A stretch of DNA of 64,000 nt from Nitrospinales bacterium (GTDB lineage: Bacteria; Nitrospinota; Nitrospinia; Nitrospinales; VA-1). The translations under genes and the position numbers were made by a program. The DNA lies in NCBI GenBank assembly GCA_965223345.1, contig CBDCWG010000012.1:2208001-2272000 (forward strand), written 5' to 3'. This document shows positions 28,740 to 38,759 of this stretch, piece after piece; position 1 is the first letter of the stretch, and every line of letters begins with the position of its first letter. The notes under the pieces are model-generated. The model did no database searches. It was not told where the DNA came from and was given only the letters and a program-made list of their open reading frames with translations.

Positions 28740-29915
28740 ATGAGAATACATTGGAAAAAACACACATGCCTTGTTGCAATGCTTGCCCTATTGGTTGTAT
28801 CCGCTGGATGCTCAGCCAAAATCCAGCCTCTCCGGTCCAGTGAAGCGGTGGTGGGTTACAATTCCCAGGTTGCAGGTGCGCTGAAATCTCTGCCGCCTCC
28901 GGAAGCAAAAATCGTGGTGGGTGTGTACAAATTCCGCGATCAGACCGGGCAATACAAACCCGGCGGCGCCATCACGCAATATTCCACCGCTGTGACTCAA
29001 GGCGCTACGTCCATGCTGGTCAAAGCATTGGCGGACGCCGGAAACGGCAAGTGGTTCACGGTTCTGGAGCGGGAATCGCTGCCCAATCTGTTGAATGAAA
29101 GGAAGATCATTCGTCAGACACGTAAGCAATACCTCAATAAAGACTCCGCTAAAAATGTTCCTCGACTACCGCCTTTGCTGTACGCGCCCATCATGATGGA
29201 CGGTGGCGTCATCGCTTACGAAAGCAACCTGCTCACCGGTGGGGCGGGCGCACGGTATTTCGGTGCGGGCGGCAACACGCAATTTCAGCGCGATTCGGTG
29301 ACGATCTACCTGCGCGCCATATCTGTTAAAAACGGACAGATTGTGAAATCCGTGCTCACCAACAAGACCATCTTCTCTCTGGAAGTGGATGCCGGGTTGT
29401 TCAGGTTTGTCAGCTTCAAACGACTGCTTGAGATCGAAACCGGATTCACCACCAACGAACCGCCGCAGATGGCGGTGCTCGAAGCGATCGAAAAAGCCGT
29501 CTATGCCATGGTCATCGAGGGAATCATGGAAGGCCTTTGGAATTTCAAAGAGCCTCAGGCAGGGAAACCTTTTATTGAAGAATATCTGAAAGAAAAAGAC
29601 CCCAATATGGTCGCCAAGTTCGACGAAAAGGGCAATTATATGGGAGAGAATTATATCCGTCCGGTCAGCGCTGCAGCGCCTGTCAAGAATGGGAAAAACG
29701 TTGGCAGTAAAAAAATGCTGGCTCCCGTCTCTAAAACGCCCGCGGCATCTCCTTTGGCAGACTCATCCGAAATGGTAAAAGATGCAGGCGCACCTCCGTC
29801 GAATGGGAATCCGGTGAGCCGGGGAACGCCTGTATCTCCTCCAAAAGCTGTTCCAGATACAGAACTTAAAGTAGTTCCCCGTCCGCTGGATTACGGGCGT
29901 CAGGGTTTTAACTAG
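28740..29915 (+). CDS. csgG: Curli secretion channel lipoprotein CsgG with a C-terminal extension
   Basis: Lipobox SAGC, LPPP...VYKFRDQTGQYKP, STAVTQGA, LERESLPNLLNERKIIR, GGAGARYFG and TNEP. Confidence 0.96.
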   Translation: MRIHWKKHTCLVAMLALLVVSAGCSAKIQPLRSSEAVVGYNSQVAGALKSLPPPEAKIVVGVYKFRDQTGQYKPGGAITQYSTAVTQGATSMLVKALADAGNGKWFTVLERESLPNLLNERKIIRQTRKQYLNKDSAKNVPRLPPLLYAPIMMDGGVIAYESNLLTGGAGARYFGAGGNTQFQRDSVTIYLRAISVKNGQIVKSVLTNKTIFSLEVDAGLFRFVSFKRLLEIETGFTTNEPPQMAVLEAIEKAVYAMVIEGIMEGLWNFKEPQAGKPFIEEYLKEKDPNMVAKFDEKGNYMGENYIRPVSAAAPVKNGKNVGSKKMLAPVSKTPAASPLADSSEMVKDAGAPPSNGNPVSRGTPVSPPKAVPDTELKVVPRPLDYGRQGFN

Positions 29916-29984
29916 AGCGTAATACAGTATTGAAGTGAAAACGCAGCTATAAAACTTTTAATATATATAATTACAATCTAAGTT

Positions 29985-30530
29985 ATGGTTTTTTGTAAGA
30001 GCCGATTTTTAAGCGGTTTTCTTTTGCTGGTCCTTTTTTCGGGATGCACGGCGACAACCGGTGTGCAGAGCAAGAAGAAAAACGATCCCACCATTGTGAA
30101 GCGTCACATCGATGCTGGCTACGCGACCGCCTTCAATGCCTGCACGCAGGCGCTGTTCACATTGGGTTACCGGATTCAGTATTACAGTCCCGAAGAGGGC
30201 GTGCTTGTTGGGTCCAAATTCAAGGACAGTTTGGAAAAGCGGGCTCTTTGGGGCACTCTGTTCGGCCTGGCGGGCGGGTATGTGAACTCGCAGTCCGACG
30301 AGAAAATCCATATGCGTCTGGTTCGAACGGATAAAAAAGATGCGACCGCCGTGTATTTCCAGGTTTTGATGAACGGGCGGCCGGAAGTTCACAATGCCAT
30401 TGTCGAATCCTTCTGGATCGTTGCGCAGCGGGAGGCCTTATTGGAAAAAGGAGGGCGGGTGCCTGCCGAGCTGGAGAAGGATTATCGAGCTATCCGGAAG
30501 ATGGAAAAATCAGCAAGAAAGGCTTCGTGA
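29985..30530 (+). CDS. Lipoprotein of unknown function downstream of csgG
   Basis: Lipobox FSGC; alpha/beta pattern YATAFNACTQALFTLGYRI...EEGVLVG. Confidence 0.75.
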   Translation: MVFCKSRFLSGFLLLVLFSGCTATTGVQSKKKNDPTIVKRHIDAGYATAFNACTQALFTLGYRIQYYSPEEGVLVGSKFKDSLEKRALWGTLFGLAGGYVNSQSDEKIHMRLVRTDKKDATAVYFQVLMNGRPEVHNAIVESFWIVAQREALLEKGGRVPAELEKDYRAIRKMEKSARKAS

Positions 30531-30678
30531 AAAAAGAGTCGGGTTTCTGGATGCGAATGGCAAATCCCCGATGAACATGGCGATCGAAAAACAGGACGGC
30601 GTACTGGTCCAGTTGATGCGAAAGCACCTTGAAAAGTGAGTAACAGGACGTAGTTTCAGGTCCGATCTGCCAGAACCT

Positions 30679-31482
30679 TCACTTTACATCTTTCACACAG
30701 CGGAAGCCGACCGTCTTGCTCCTTAAGGTGGGAACGGTGGCGTTGCGATAGGTCAGGCTGATGTCGCCGGCGTTGTTTCTCCAACTGCCGCCACGGATGA
30801 CCTTGTACTTGCCTTTTTCCGGACCGGTTGGATTTTCCCTCGGAGAGAACAGGTAGAACTCCGCCAGATGCCAGTCGTGCACCCATTCGGACACATTGCC
30901 CGAAAGGTCATGCACGCCATAATCCGATTTGCCCGCCTCGTAGCTGCCCACCGGCGCTGTTTTGTTTAAGGTTTCGTTGAAGTTCACGCGCTTGGCGTCC
31001 GGCGCTTCGTCCCCCCAGGGGTATTCGATGGGGCGCTTGCCGCGCGAGGCCTTTTCCCATTCCGCTTCGGTCGGCAGCCGTTTGCCGGCCCACTTGCAGT
31101 AACGGTCCGCCTCTTTCCAGGAAATGCCCGCCACAGGCTGCCGGGGTCCGCTGAAATCCGGATTGCTCATCGAGACCGGCTGCTTGGCGCCGGTGGCCTG
31201 CACGAATTTCTGATACTCGGCGTTGGTGACTTCGTACTTGTCGATGTGGTAATCATCGAGGTGCACACGGTGCGCGGGGTTTTCCGGGCCGAGGTTGTGC
31301 CGGTCCGTGTTCATGAGATCGACCGGGTTCAACTCCAGCAGGGAGCGGCGGCTTCCCATTTCGAACTCACCGGCTGGAATCAGCACCATGGAATTCTCGA
31401 CGTTCGTTGCCTCACTCCAGGCGGACAACGGGCCGACGAGCAGGCAGAACAGCCCGGCCCAGAAACATTGCATCGCTTTCAT
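30679..31482 (-). CDS. FGE-sulfatase (SUMF1) domain exported protein
   Basis: MVLIPAGEFEMGS, IDKYEVTN, RLPTEAEWEKA, DLSGNVSEW, RGGSW and GFRC. Start approximate. Confidence 0.92.
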   Translation of the reverse strand: MKAMQCFWAGLFCLLVGPLSAWSEATNVENSMVLIPAGEFEMGSRRSLLELNPVDLMNTDRHNLGPENPAHRVHLDDYHIDKYEVTNAEYQKFVQATGAKQPVSMSNPDFSGPRQPVAGISWKEADRYCKWAGKRLPTEAEWEKASRGKRPIEYPWGDEAPDAKRVNFNETLNKTAPVGSYEAGKSDYGVHDLSGNVSEWVHDWHLAEFYLFSPRENPTGPEKGKYKVIRGGSWRNNAGDISLTYRNATVPTLRSKTVGFRCVKDVK

Positions 31483-31721
31483 AGTCTTCCTCATACAATC
31501 CACAAGATTACAAAGGTTTTGATTTCCGCTGGCGGTTTGACGCATCCGCTCTACCGCGAACAGGGTGTTTTCAAGCCGCCTCACGCTTTGCCGCCGGTTT
31601 GATTTGACACACTATTTTATAAGGTATAAAATTTTAGCATATCGATGAAGATTTGTAATTTCATTGGGATACAGCCAGAGCCGCCGATGCCGGGTTTCTT
31701 TGGAATTTCCCTCCCCCGATC

Positions 31722-32129
31722 ATGGACAAGCCGAAAAAAGAGACCCTTTTAAACCAGAACACCGATTCGAAGTTGTGCCTGAACTGCGGCTTTCCCAACC
31801 GGACCAGCGACGCCCACTGCATGTACTGCCACACCAGCCTTCTCGACGACCAGGGGCTGATTTCCTGGCTTCGGCAGACCTATTATATTCTGCGATGGCG
31901 CTGGCAGTTGAAGCGGCGGCAGCGGGAGAAGGTTGCAAAACCCAAGCAGCAGGGCATGACCGTCTTCAAGGCCGTCGGTTACTTTCTGGTGGGCGCGGCG
32001 TTGAGCGGCGTGGGGATCTTCGTGTTCACCGATGCGGTCGGCAGCCACTCTTTCACCCGCGGCATCATCGCCATCCTGTTCCTTCTGTACGGGTTCTTCA
32101 CCCTCAAGGCGTTGTTCGCAAAAAAATAA
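31722..32129 (+). CDS. Zinc-ribbon membrane protein of unknown function
   Basis: CLNC-x10-CMYC and two C-terminal TM helices; TTGACA-17-TAAAAT promoter at 31604-31632. Confidence 0.7.
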   Translation: MDKPKKETLLNQNTDSKLCLNCGFPNRTSDAHCMYCHTSLLDDQGLISWLRQTYYILRWRWQLKRRQREKVAKPKQQGMTVFKAVGYFLVGAALSGVGIFVFTDAVGSHSFTRGIIAILFLLYGFFTLKALFAKK

Positions 32130-32208
32130 TTCTCTCTGTTCCGCAAACCATAACGAAACGGTATGAGGTTGTCATAAACCTTGCGCCACCGGGGCGGAAA
32201 CGTTTGCC

Positions 32209-33015
32209 TTAAGAATCCGAATCGATTTCCGCTACGATTCTTAAAGGGCCGCCGCTGCCGCGCCCGATTTTCATGGGCAGCGCGATCACGCGGAACCCCC
32301 TGGGCGGCAGCCGTTTCAGGTTGCAGACGTTTTCAAATCCGGGCACGTTGGCTTTGCCGAAGACTCGATGTGCCTTGAAATCTTTCGATTGGCCCCGGTC
32401 CAGGCTGGGAGTGTCCAGCCCCACAGAGGCGACGTTCCTACCGGCGGTCAGAAACTCCGCGGCTTCGGCGCTGAATCCGGGAAAATGCAGGTTCGCCACA
32501 TCACCGGGCCGGTCCGTGCCCAGGTACTTCTTTTTATCCGGCCAGAAATCCTCCCATCCCGTCCACACCAGAACGATGGCGCCCTCTGGGATTTTGCCGT
32601 TTTTCGTTTCCCAGGCGAGGAAATCCTCTTTGCGGATCAGGTAATCCGGCCGGTTTTTCGCGTTTTCCCGCACGTCCACCACGATGCCGGGGGCGATCAG
32701 GCGTTCGAGCGGGATGTCGTCGGTGTGCCACTTCCCCTCGGCGAAATGGGCGGGCGCGTCCAGATGCGTGCCGCCGTGTTCCGAGGCGCTGATGTTGTTC
32801 GATTCGTACCAGTATCCCCCGGGCGTGGGCCCTTCGTGGACTTTTTCCAGCTTGAAGGACTGGCCGGTGGGCCAGTAGATGGTGCTGGCGTCAAAGGGGT
32901 GGGTCAGGTCCACCCAGCGGGAGCCCGCCTCGACGCGGGAAACGTGGGTGACGAGTAAAAATACGGCGGCCAGGACCGGGAGCGTGCGGTGCAGGCCGTG
33001 GAATACAGGGGTCAT
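32209..33015 (-). CDS. Exported cyclase/kynurenine formamidase family metallohydrolase
   Basis: WVDLTH, EHGGTHLDAPAHF, HFPG, GLDTPSLD and ALPMKI...GGPLR. Confidence 0.9.
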   Translation of the reverse strand: MTPVFHGLHRTLPVLAAVFLLVTHVSRVEAGSRWVDLTHPFDASTIYWPTGQSFKLEKVHEGPTPGGYWYESNNISASEHGGTHLDAPAHFAEGKWHTDDIPLERLIAPGIVVDVRENAKNRPDYLIRKEDFLAWETKNGKIPEGAIVLVWTGWEDFWPDKKKYLGTDRPGDVANLHFPGFSAEAAEFLTAGRNVASVGLDTPSLDRGQSKDFKAHRVFGKANVPGFENVCNLKRLPPRGFRVIALPMKIGRGSGGPLRIVAEIDSDS

Positions 33016-33107
33016 GATGGCGCCTCCGGGGACGTGAGAGAGGGGGAGAATCTTTTTGTGAACCCGTGTATCCTAATACAATACGCTCTTTCTTTCAGCC
33101 GGAAACC

Positions 33108-35597
33108 ATGACCACCACCAAAACAGCCACAACCCAATCCCTGAAACTCCCCGTCAAGGGCATGAGCTGCGCCAGTTGCAGCGCGCGCATCGAGAAAAAG
33201 GTCGGGGCCCTGGACGGGGTCGATAAAGCGAGCGTGAATTTCGGCGCAGCGCTGGCGGACATCGAATTCGATCCCGGGAAGATTGCCGTCTCCGAGATCA
33301 CCGAGACCATCGAAAATCTGGGATTCGAAGTACCCAGCGTCCGTGAGAGTTTCTCTGTGGAGGGCATGACCTGCGCCTCCTGCGTCGCCCGCGTGGAGAA
33401 AGCGCTTTCCGGGCTGGAGGGGGTTCTGCAGGTGGAGGTCAACCTGGCCACCGAAAAAGCGACGCTGCAGTACCTGCCGTCCCGGGTCGCCGTCGAGGAT
33501 TTGCAAAACCGCCTGCAGGAAATCGGCTACACCCTGCGCCGTGAAGAAACCGATGCGGTTTCCGGGGATGCGTCCCAGGGACACGCGGCGGAAAGGGATC
33601 AACTGGGGCTCAAGCTTTGGGTGAGCGTGGCTTTGAGCACCGCGATCATGGTTCTGGGCATGCGTCCTCCCGCGGCGCTGGGCCTGCTGCCGGGATCGTT
33701 CATGCATTTTCTGCTGTTGTTCCTTTTGGCGACCCCGGTGCAGTTCTGGGCGGGCTGGCAGTTTTACCGCGGCGCGTTTGCCGCAGCGCGGCACGGCTAT
33801 TCGGACATGAACACGCTGATCGCCGTGGGCACCAGCGCCGCGTACGGCTTTAGCGTGTTCGCCACGTTTTTTCCCGCGACTCTGAAGCAACTCGGGCAGG
33901 AAGCGGTGGTGTATTTCGACACGTCGGCGATGATCATCACCCTGGTGCTGTTGGGCCGCTGGCTGGAAGCGCGCGCGAAAAGCCGGACCTCCGATGCGAT
34001 CAAAAAGTTGATGGGCCTGCAGCCCAAGACCGCCCGCGTCGAGCGGGGCGGCGAGGAGATGGAAATCCCCGTTTCCGACGTGCTGCCCGGTGACACCGTG
34101 GTGGTGCGGCCGGGGGAAAAAATCCCGGTGGACGGAACCATCCTGGAAGGGACGACGGCGGTGGACGAATCGATGATCACGGGCGAGAGCCTGCCCGCCG
34201 AAAAACAGACCGGCGATGCGGTGGTGGGTGCGAGCCTCAACACCACCGGGTTTTTCAAGCTGCGGGCCACCCGGCTCGGCAAGGATTCGGTCTTGGCGCA
34301 GATCATCCGCCTGGTCGAGGAGGCGCAGGGATCGAAAGCGCCGGTGCAACGGCTCGCCGACAAGGTCGCCGGCATCTTCGTGCCGGTGGTGATCGCGATC
34401 GCTCTGTTGGCGTTTGCGGTGTGGTGGGGATTCGGCGAACGACTCGCCGTGCTGCCCGCGTCGCCGTTCCTGTTTGCCCTGATGATTTTCGTCACCGTTC
34501 TGATCATCGCCTGTCCCTGTGCCTTAGGGTTGGCCACGCCGACCGCCATCATGGTGGGCACCGGCCGGGGGGCGGAGATGGGAATCCTGATCAAAGGCGG
34601 CGAGACGCTGGAGCAGGTGCAGGCGCTGGACACCGTCGTGTTCGACAAGACCGGAACGCTGACCTGGGGCAAGCCGGAGGTGACCGACGTGTTCGTGGAA
34701 GGCGATGCGAGCCTCACCGCGGATAGGTTGCTGCAACTCGCCGCTTCGGTGGAAAAGGGGTCCGAGCATCCGCTCAGCCAGGCGGTGGTGCGCGAGGCGG
34801 AGCGGAGAAAGCTCAAACTGCCGCCGGTGCAAAACTTCGAGGCGCGCCCCGGTTTCGGTGTGCGCGGCGAGGTGGACGGGCTCAACGTGCTGCTGGGCAA
34901 TCCCAAGTTGATGCAGGAAGCGGGCGTGGACGATGCGGCGCTCAAGGAGCGGATCGAAGAGATGGCGCGGCAGGGCAAAACCCCGATGATCCTGGCCATC
35001 GACGGCCGGGCCGTTGGCGTGCTCGCCGCGGCGGACACGGTGAAACCGCAGGCCGCAGAGGCGGTGCGCCGGTTGAAGGAACTGGGGCTCAGGGTGGTGA
35101 TGATCACCGGCGATCACACGAACACCGCCCAGGCCATCGGCAGGCAGTTGCAGATCGATACGGTGCTGGCCGAGGTGCTTCCCGCCGGGAAAGCCGAGGC
35201 GGTGAACAAGCTCATGCAGGAAGGCCGGACCGTCGCGATGGTGGGGGACGGGATCAACGATGCGCCCGCACTGGCGCGCGCACACACCGGCATCGCCATG
35301 GGCTCCGGCACGGATGTGGCGATGGAAGCCTCGGACATCACGCTGATGACCCACGACCTGCACGCGGTGGCGGACGCCATCGAACTGAGCCGTAAAACCC
35401 TGGGCAAGATCCGGCAGAACCTGTTCTGGGCCTTCTTTTACAATGTCCTGGGGATACCCCTCGCGGCGGGCGTGTTGTTCCCCGCCTACGGGATCGTCCT
35501 GAAACCCATCTTCGCCGCCGCGGCCATGTCCTTGAGTTCGGTTTCCGTGGTCAGCAACGCGCTCCTTTTGAAGCGGTTTCATCCCCGCAGGGGCTGA
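33108..35597 (+). CDS. copA: Copper-translocating P1B-type ATPase
   Basis: Two GMxCASC metal-binding domains, [26 protein letters not shown] and YN...MSLSS. Confidence 0.96.
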   Translation: MTTTKTATTQSLKLPVKGMSCASCSARIEKKVGALDGVDKASVNFGAALADIEFDPGKIAVSEITETIENLGFEVPSVRESFSVEGMTCASCVARVEKALSGLEGVLQVEVNLATEKATLQYLPSRVAVEDLQNRLQEIGYTLRREETDAVSGDASQGHAAERDQLGLKLWVSVALSTAIMVLGMRPPAALGLLPGSFMHFLLLFLLATPVQFWAGWQFYRGAFAAARHGYSDMNTLIAVGTSAAYGFSVFATFFPATLKQLGQEAVVYFDTSAMIITLVLLGRWLEARAKSRTSDAIKKLMGLQPKTARVERGGEEMEIPVSDVLPGDTVVVRPGEKIPVDGTILEGTTAVDESMITGESLPAEKQTGDAVVGASLNTTGFFKLRATRLGKDSVLAQIIRLVEEAQGSKAPVQRLADKVAGIFVPVVIAIALLAFAVWWGFGERLAVLPASPFLFALMIFVTVLIIACPCALGLATPTAIMVGTGRGAEMGILIKGGETLEQVQALDTVVFDKTGTLTWGKPEVTDVFVEGDASLTADRLLQLAASVEKGSEHPLSQAVVREAERRKLKLPPVQNFEARPGFGVRGEVDGLNVLLGNPKLMQEAGVDDAALKERIEEMARQGKTPMILAIDGRAVGVLAAADTVKPQAAEAVRRLKELGLRVVMITGDHTNTAQAIGRQLQIDTVLAEVLPAGKAEAVNKLMQEGRTVAMVGDGINDAPALARAHTGIAMGSGTDVAMEASDITLMTHDLHAVADAIELSRKTLGKIRQNLFWAFFYNVLGIPLAAGVLFPAYGIVLKPIFAAAAMSLSSVSVVSNALLLKRFHPRRG

Positions 35598-35667
35598 AAA
35601 CTGCGGCCGCGCAAAAACCCGGCGAAATTCACTTGATTTGTTTTCCCTTGTGTTGAATCATAGGCGC

Positions 35668-36090
35668 ATGAGAAAGTTTCTTTTCTTATCAGCCGCGGTG
35701 CTCGGGACGCTGCTTTTTGTCGGAGGCATCCAACCGGTGCACGCCGGCGGGCATGCCGGGCACCACCATCCGGAGGCGCACGCGTTTTCCCCGTTCGAAA
35801 AACGGGGGCTGCCGGTTCATTGCGCTCTTTTAGGCCACTCGATCGACAAGCCCTGTCCGCACATTCTCAAATCTACAGGACGCGTGAACGAAAAGAACGA
35901 ATACCTCGCCGCCGATTGCGCCGGCCCGTCGGGCATTCCCGGTTCATTGGGCTTTGATGAAAACACGCCCGCGGCCATGATTTCTCTCTCTACTGATCTT
36001 CCAGGCAGCGTGCTGTCGGTCGATGGGCGGCAAGCCCATTTCTCTTCTCTGATTCCTCACTCTATCGAGCACCCACCCCGTTTCGCCTGA
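35668..36090 (+). CDS. His/Cys-rich exported protein with a C-terminal HPPR motif (DUF2946-like putative regulatory leader)
   Basis: Signal peptide, HAGGHAGHHH, HC-x10-CPH and terminal SIEHPPRFA. Confidence 0.6.
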   Translation: MRKFLFLSAAVLGTLLFVGGIQPVHAGGHAGHHHPEAHAFSPFEKRGLPVHCALLGHSIDKPCPHILKSTGRVNEKNEYLAADCAGPSGIPGSLGFDENTPAAMISLSTDLPGSVLSVDGRQAHFSSLIPHSIEHPPRFA

Positions 36091-36259
36091 GTTTCATCCA
36101 ATCTGAGTCATCAAGTCCACTTTGGGAGAACAGCCCGTGGTGCGTGTTGGGCTGTCCCAAAAGAATGGGTTTGTCGTTGCATTCACAACGGGTTTGCCGG
36201 ACAACGCTTCCTTAGGACGATCGGAGTGTGCCATTCGTCTGGCTATTGTGGAGAGAATC

Positions 36260-36694
36260 ATGAAAAATCTGAAACCAAGGGGGTTGCCGTTCCTTGTGGC
36301 TCTGCTGGTTGGCGTGTGGGCGCTTCCCGCCGCTGCCGCGTTGCAGAAGGAGCCGTTCAAGAAACGTCCCATCAAGGTGTATTTTGTCGAAAGCGCCGAT
36401 CTGGAAGCTTTGAAAACGGCTTTCGTCAATATCAACCTGCATCTGCGGCAGGAAGGCCGGTCGCGCGCCATCGACTACAAAGTGGTGGTGCACGGTCCCA
36501 CCGTCCGGCATTTTGTGACCGAAGGCGTGGATCCGGAACTTCTGTACATGGTGCAGTGGTTCCTGTCGGAAGGAATCGGCGTCGAGTTGTGTGCCGAATG
36601 CGCCGAACGCTATGGCGTGGCGCCCGGTTCCGTGCTTCCCGGTGTCCTGTTGCCGGCGCCGAAGACCGCCGTGCGACCTTCATCGGCTCCCTGA
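36260..36694 (+). CDS. Exported DsrE/DsrF-like protein
   Basis: Signal peptide; IKVYF...KVVVHGPTV...GIGVELCAECAERYGV...LPGV. Confidence 0.75.
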   Translation: MKNLKPRGLPFLVALLVGVWALPAAAALQKEPFKKRPIKVYFVESADLEALKTAFVNINLHLRQEGRSRAIDYKVVVHGPTVRHFVTEGVDPELLYMVQWFLSEGIGVELCAECAERYGVAPGSVLPGVLLPAPKTAVRPSSAP

Positions 36695-36791
36695 GCCGAT
36701 ACCTGTGAAAAGGCGGTCGGGCCGGGAACCGCCTTCACCCGCCCGTGCCGCTCTTTCCGGTTCTGTGCCGGAATTGCGTGAGGATGCTGTC

Positions 36792-37664
36792 ATGAAATCG
36801 AAACCGTTTTGGGTGCTGCTGTCGCTTGCAGGAGGAATCGTTTTGTTCGTCCTGCCTGCCTTTTCCAGCGACTTTCTAGTCAAAAAACCACCCGCCTCTT
36901 TGGATTCGCTTTACCGGGATCAGGACAGCGCGGGGAAATGGATCCTGCAGATGCGCAAGCTCTCCGGCGCGTTCGACGACGCGCTGCGGGCGGCCGAACG
37001 GAAAGACTGGGCGGAAGCCGGGGAGAAAGCGCGTGCCTTTGCGGAACGCTACCGGGAAGCCGCCGAATGGGTCCCGGAGTGGAAGGACTATTTCGATTTT
37101 GCAGCGGCGGACCGGTTCGTCAAATCGCTGCAATCGCAAAAACAGGATCGCATCCAGCAAGCGTCGAAAAAACTCACGGCGACCTGCGACCGCTGTCATG
37201 CCGACAACAGCCTTGCGGTCTGGGTGCGCTACACCTGGCCCGAGACGAGCGAGATCAAAATCACCGATCCCGTCGAGGAGACGGAGATGGCCTACCGCGA
37301 CTACATGCACCTGTTGTCCCGATCCCTGCGCGGGATCACCCATCACTTCGAGCGGGAAGAATTCGACCGGGCGTGGCGGCATGTGTTCCAGTTCAAAAAA
37401 CGCATCGTCGAGCTGCGGTCGGTCTGTTCCAAATGCCACATCACCGAGTGGACCAAAAACGGCAGTTCTGTGAAGCAGTTTTTTGTGGGGAATCGGGTGC
37501 TGGATTCGGTGGACCGGGTGAGCAAACTGTTCGCCACCGGCGAACCGGACGCAAAAAAATTCTGGAAGGAGATCGACGGCATTGCGCGCCATTCCTGCAG
37601 GATGTGCCACCTGATCCACCAGCCCGCCGTACACATTCAAAACGCTTGGAAGCAGAAGGAGTGA
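36792..37664 (+). CDS. Exported triheme c-type cytochrome (helical)
   Basis: Signal peptide; CDRCH, CSKCH and CRMCH. Confidence 0.85.
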   Translation: MKSKPFWVLLSLAGGIVLFVLPAFSSDFLVKKPPASLDSLYRDQDSAGKWILQMRKLSGAFDDALRAAERKDWAEAGEKARAFAERYREAAEWVPEWKDYFDFAAADRFVKSLQSQKQDRIQQASKKLTATCDRCHADNSLAVWVRYTWPETSEIKITDPVEETEMAYRDYMHLLSRSLRGITHHFEREEFDRAWRHVFQFKKRIVELRSVCSKCHITEWTKNGSSVKQFFVGNRVLDSVDRVSKLFATGEPDAKKFWKEIDGIARHSCRMCHLIHQPAVHIQNAWKQKE

Positions 37665-37679
37665 CGCTGCCGGCTCGAT

Positions 37680-38759
37680 TCACTCGATTTTGAAATCCTG
37701 TTCCGTGTATCCGGGCTGCGCGCGGAAGTGTTGTGAATAGCGGGCGGGGCCGGAAGCCGGGATCAGCATGCCTTCGACGCCGGGAAGCGTGTCGATCCAC
37801 GCGATGCCTTTTTCGGCCCCCATGACGAACAGCGCCGTGGCGATGGCGTCGGCGTCCATCACCGAATCCGCCCGCACCGTGGCGTAAACGGTCCCCTGCA
37901 CCGGCTGGCCGGTTTTAGGATCGAGGATGTGGTGGTAGCGGGTGTTGTCCTTGATGAAATAACGCTGGTAGTCGCCGGACGTCGCCACCGCGCCGTCGGT
38001 CAGGGAAAATGTCGCGATCATGCGTTCGGGTTTGCGGGGGTGCTGCAGGCCGATGTTCCAGGGGCGCTCCGCTGTGCGCGTGCCGATCGCCATCAGGTCG
38101 CCTCCCGCATTGATCATGGCGTTGGGGACGTTTTCCCGTTTCAGCACCTCGATGGCGCGGTCCACGGCGTACCCTTTGGCCACCGCGCCCAGATGCAGGC
38201 GCATGCCCGGACGGGCGAGCCGCACTTTTCCCCCTTCGATTTCGATGTCGGCCAGTCCCACATGAGAGAGAGCCTGTTTCAGTTTTTCCGCGGCGGGCGG
38301 CGCAGGGGAGGGCGCGTCGAAATGCCAGAGGTCCACGACCGGACCCAGCGTGATGTCCATCGCGCCGCCGGATTGTTCGCCCCAGTGGACCGCGCTTTTG
38401 AGAACCGTCGCGGTTTCCGGCGAGACGGCGATGAATTCGCCTCCCGCTGCGGCGTTGATGCGGGAGAGTTCCGAGTCGGTGAGGTGGGTGCTCATCAGTG
38501 ATTCCAGTCGAGACATCTCGTCGAACGCGCGGCCGATCGCCCGTTGCACGGGCTGCGGTTCGCCGCCGCGCACGGTGATCTCCACCAGAGTTCCCATGAT
38601 GAACTGGGTGCGCTGGGTCAGTGTGTTCTCACGGGAACCGCAGGAAGCCAGTACGCTGGCGAGGAAAAGAATCAGGGAGAGCCCGCCGATATGAGCGATG
38701 GAAAACCGCAGGTGTCCTGCGCTGGGTTGCGGGTGTGGGATTCGGAATCGGGTTTTCAA
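37680..38759 (-). CDS. apbE: FAD:protein FMN transferase lipoprotein
   Basis: Lipobox LASC, MGT, DITLGP, LGAVAKGYAVD, ATSGDY and YHHILDPKTG. The TTG start overlaps the upstream stop. Confidence 0.93.
   Translation of the reverse strand: MKTRFRIPHPQPSAGHLRFSIAHIGGLSLILFLASVLASCGSRENTLTQRTQFIMGTLVEITVRGGEPQPVQRAIGRAFDEMSRLESLMSTHLTDSELSRINAAAGGEFIAVSPETATVLKSAVHWGEQSGGAMDITLGPVVDLWHFDAPSPAPPAAEKLKQALSHVGLADIEIEGGKVRLARPGMRLHLGAVAKGYAVDRAIEVLKRENVPNAMINAGGDLMAIGTRTAERPWNIGLQHPRKPERMIATFSLTDGAVATSGDYQRYFIKDNTRYHHILDPKTGQPVQGTVYATVRADSVMDADAIATALFVMGAEKGIAWIDTLPGVEGMLIPASGPARYSQHFRAQPGYTEQDFKIE

Noticed and set aside
22235..30678. Curli locus as an autonomous mobile element
   Set aside because: No integrase, transposase, tRNA target or flanking direct repeats were seen; only composition suggests foreign origin.
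31722..31850. CMYCH as a heme c site
   Set aside because: It pairs with an upstream CLNC as a zinc ribbon, and there is no signal peptide before it.
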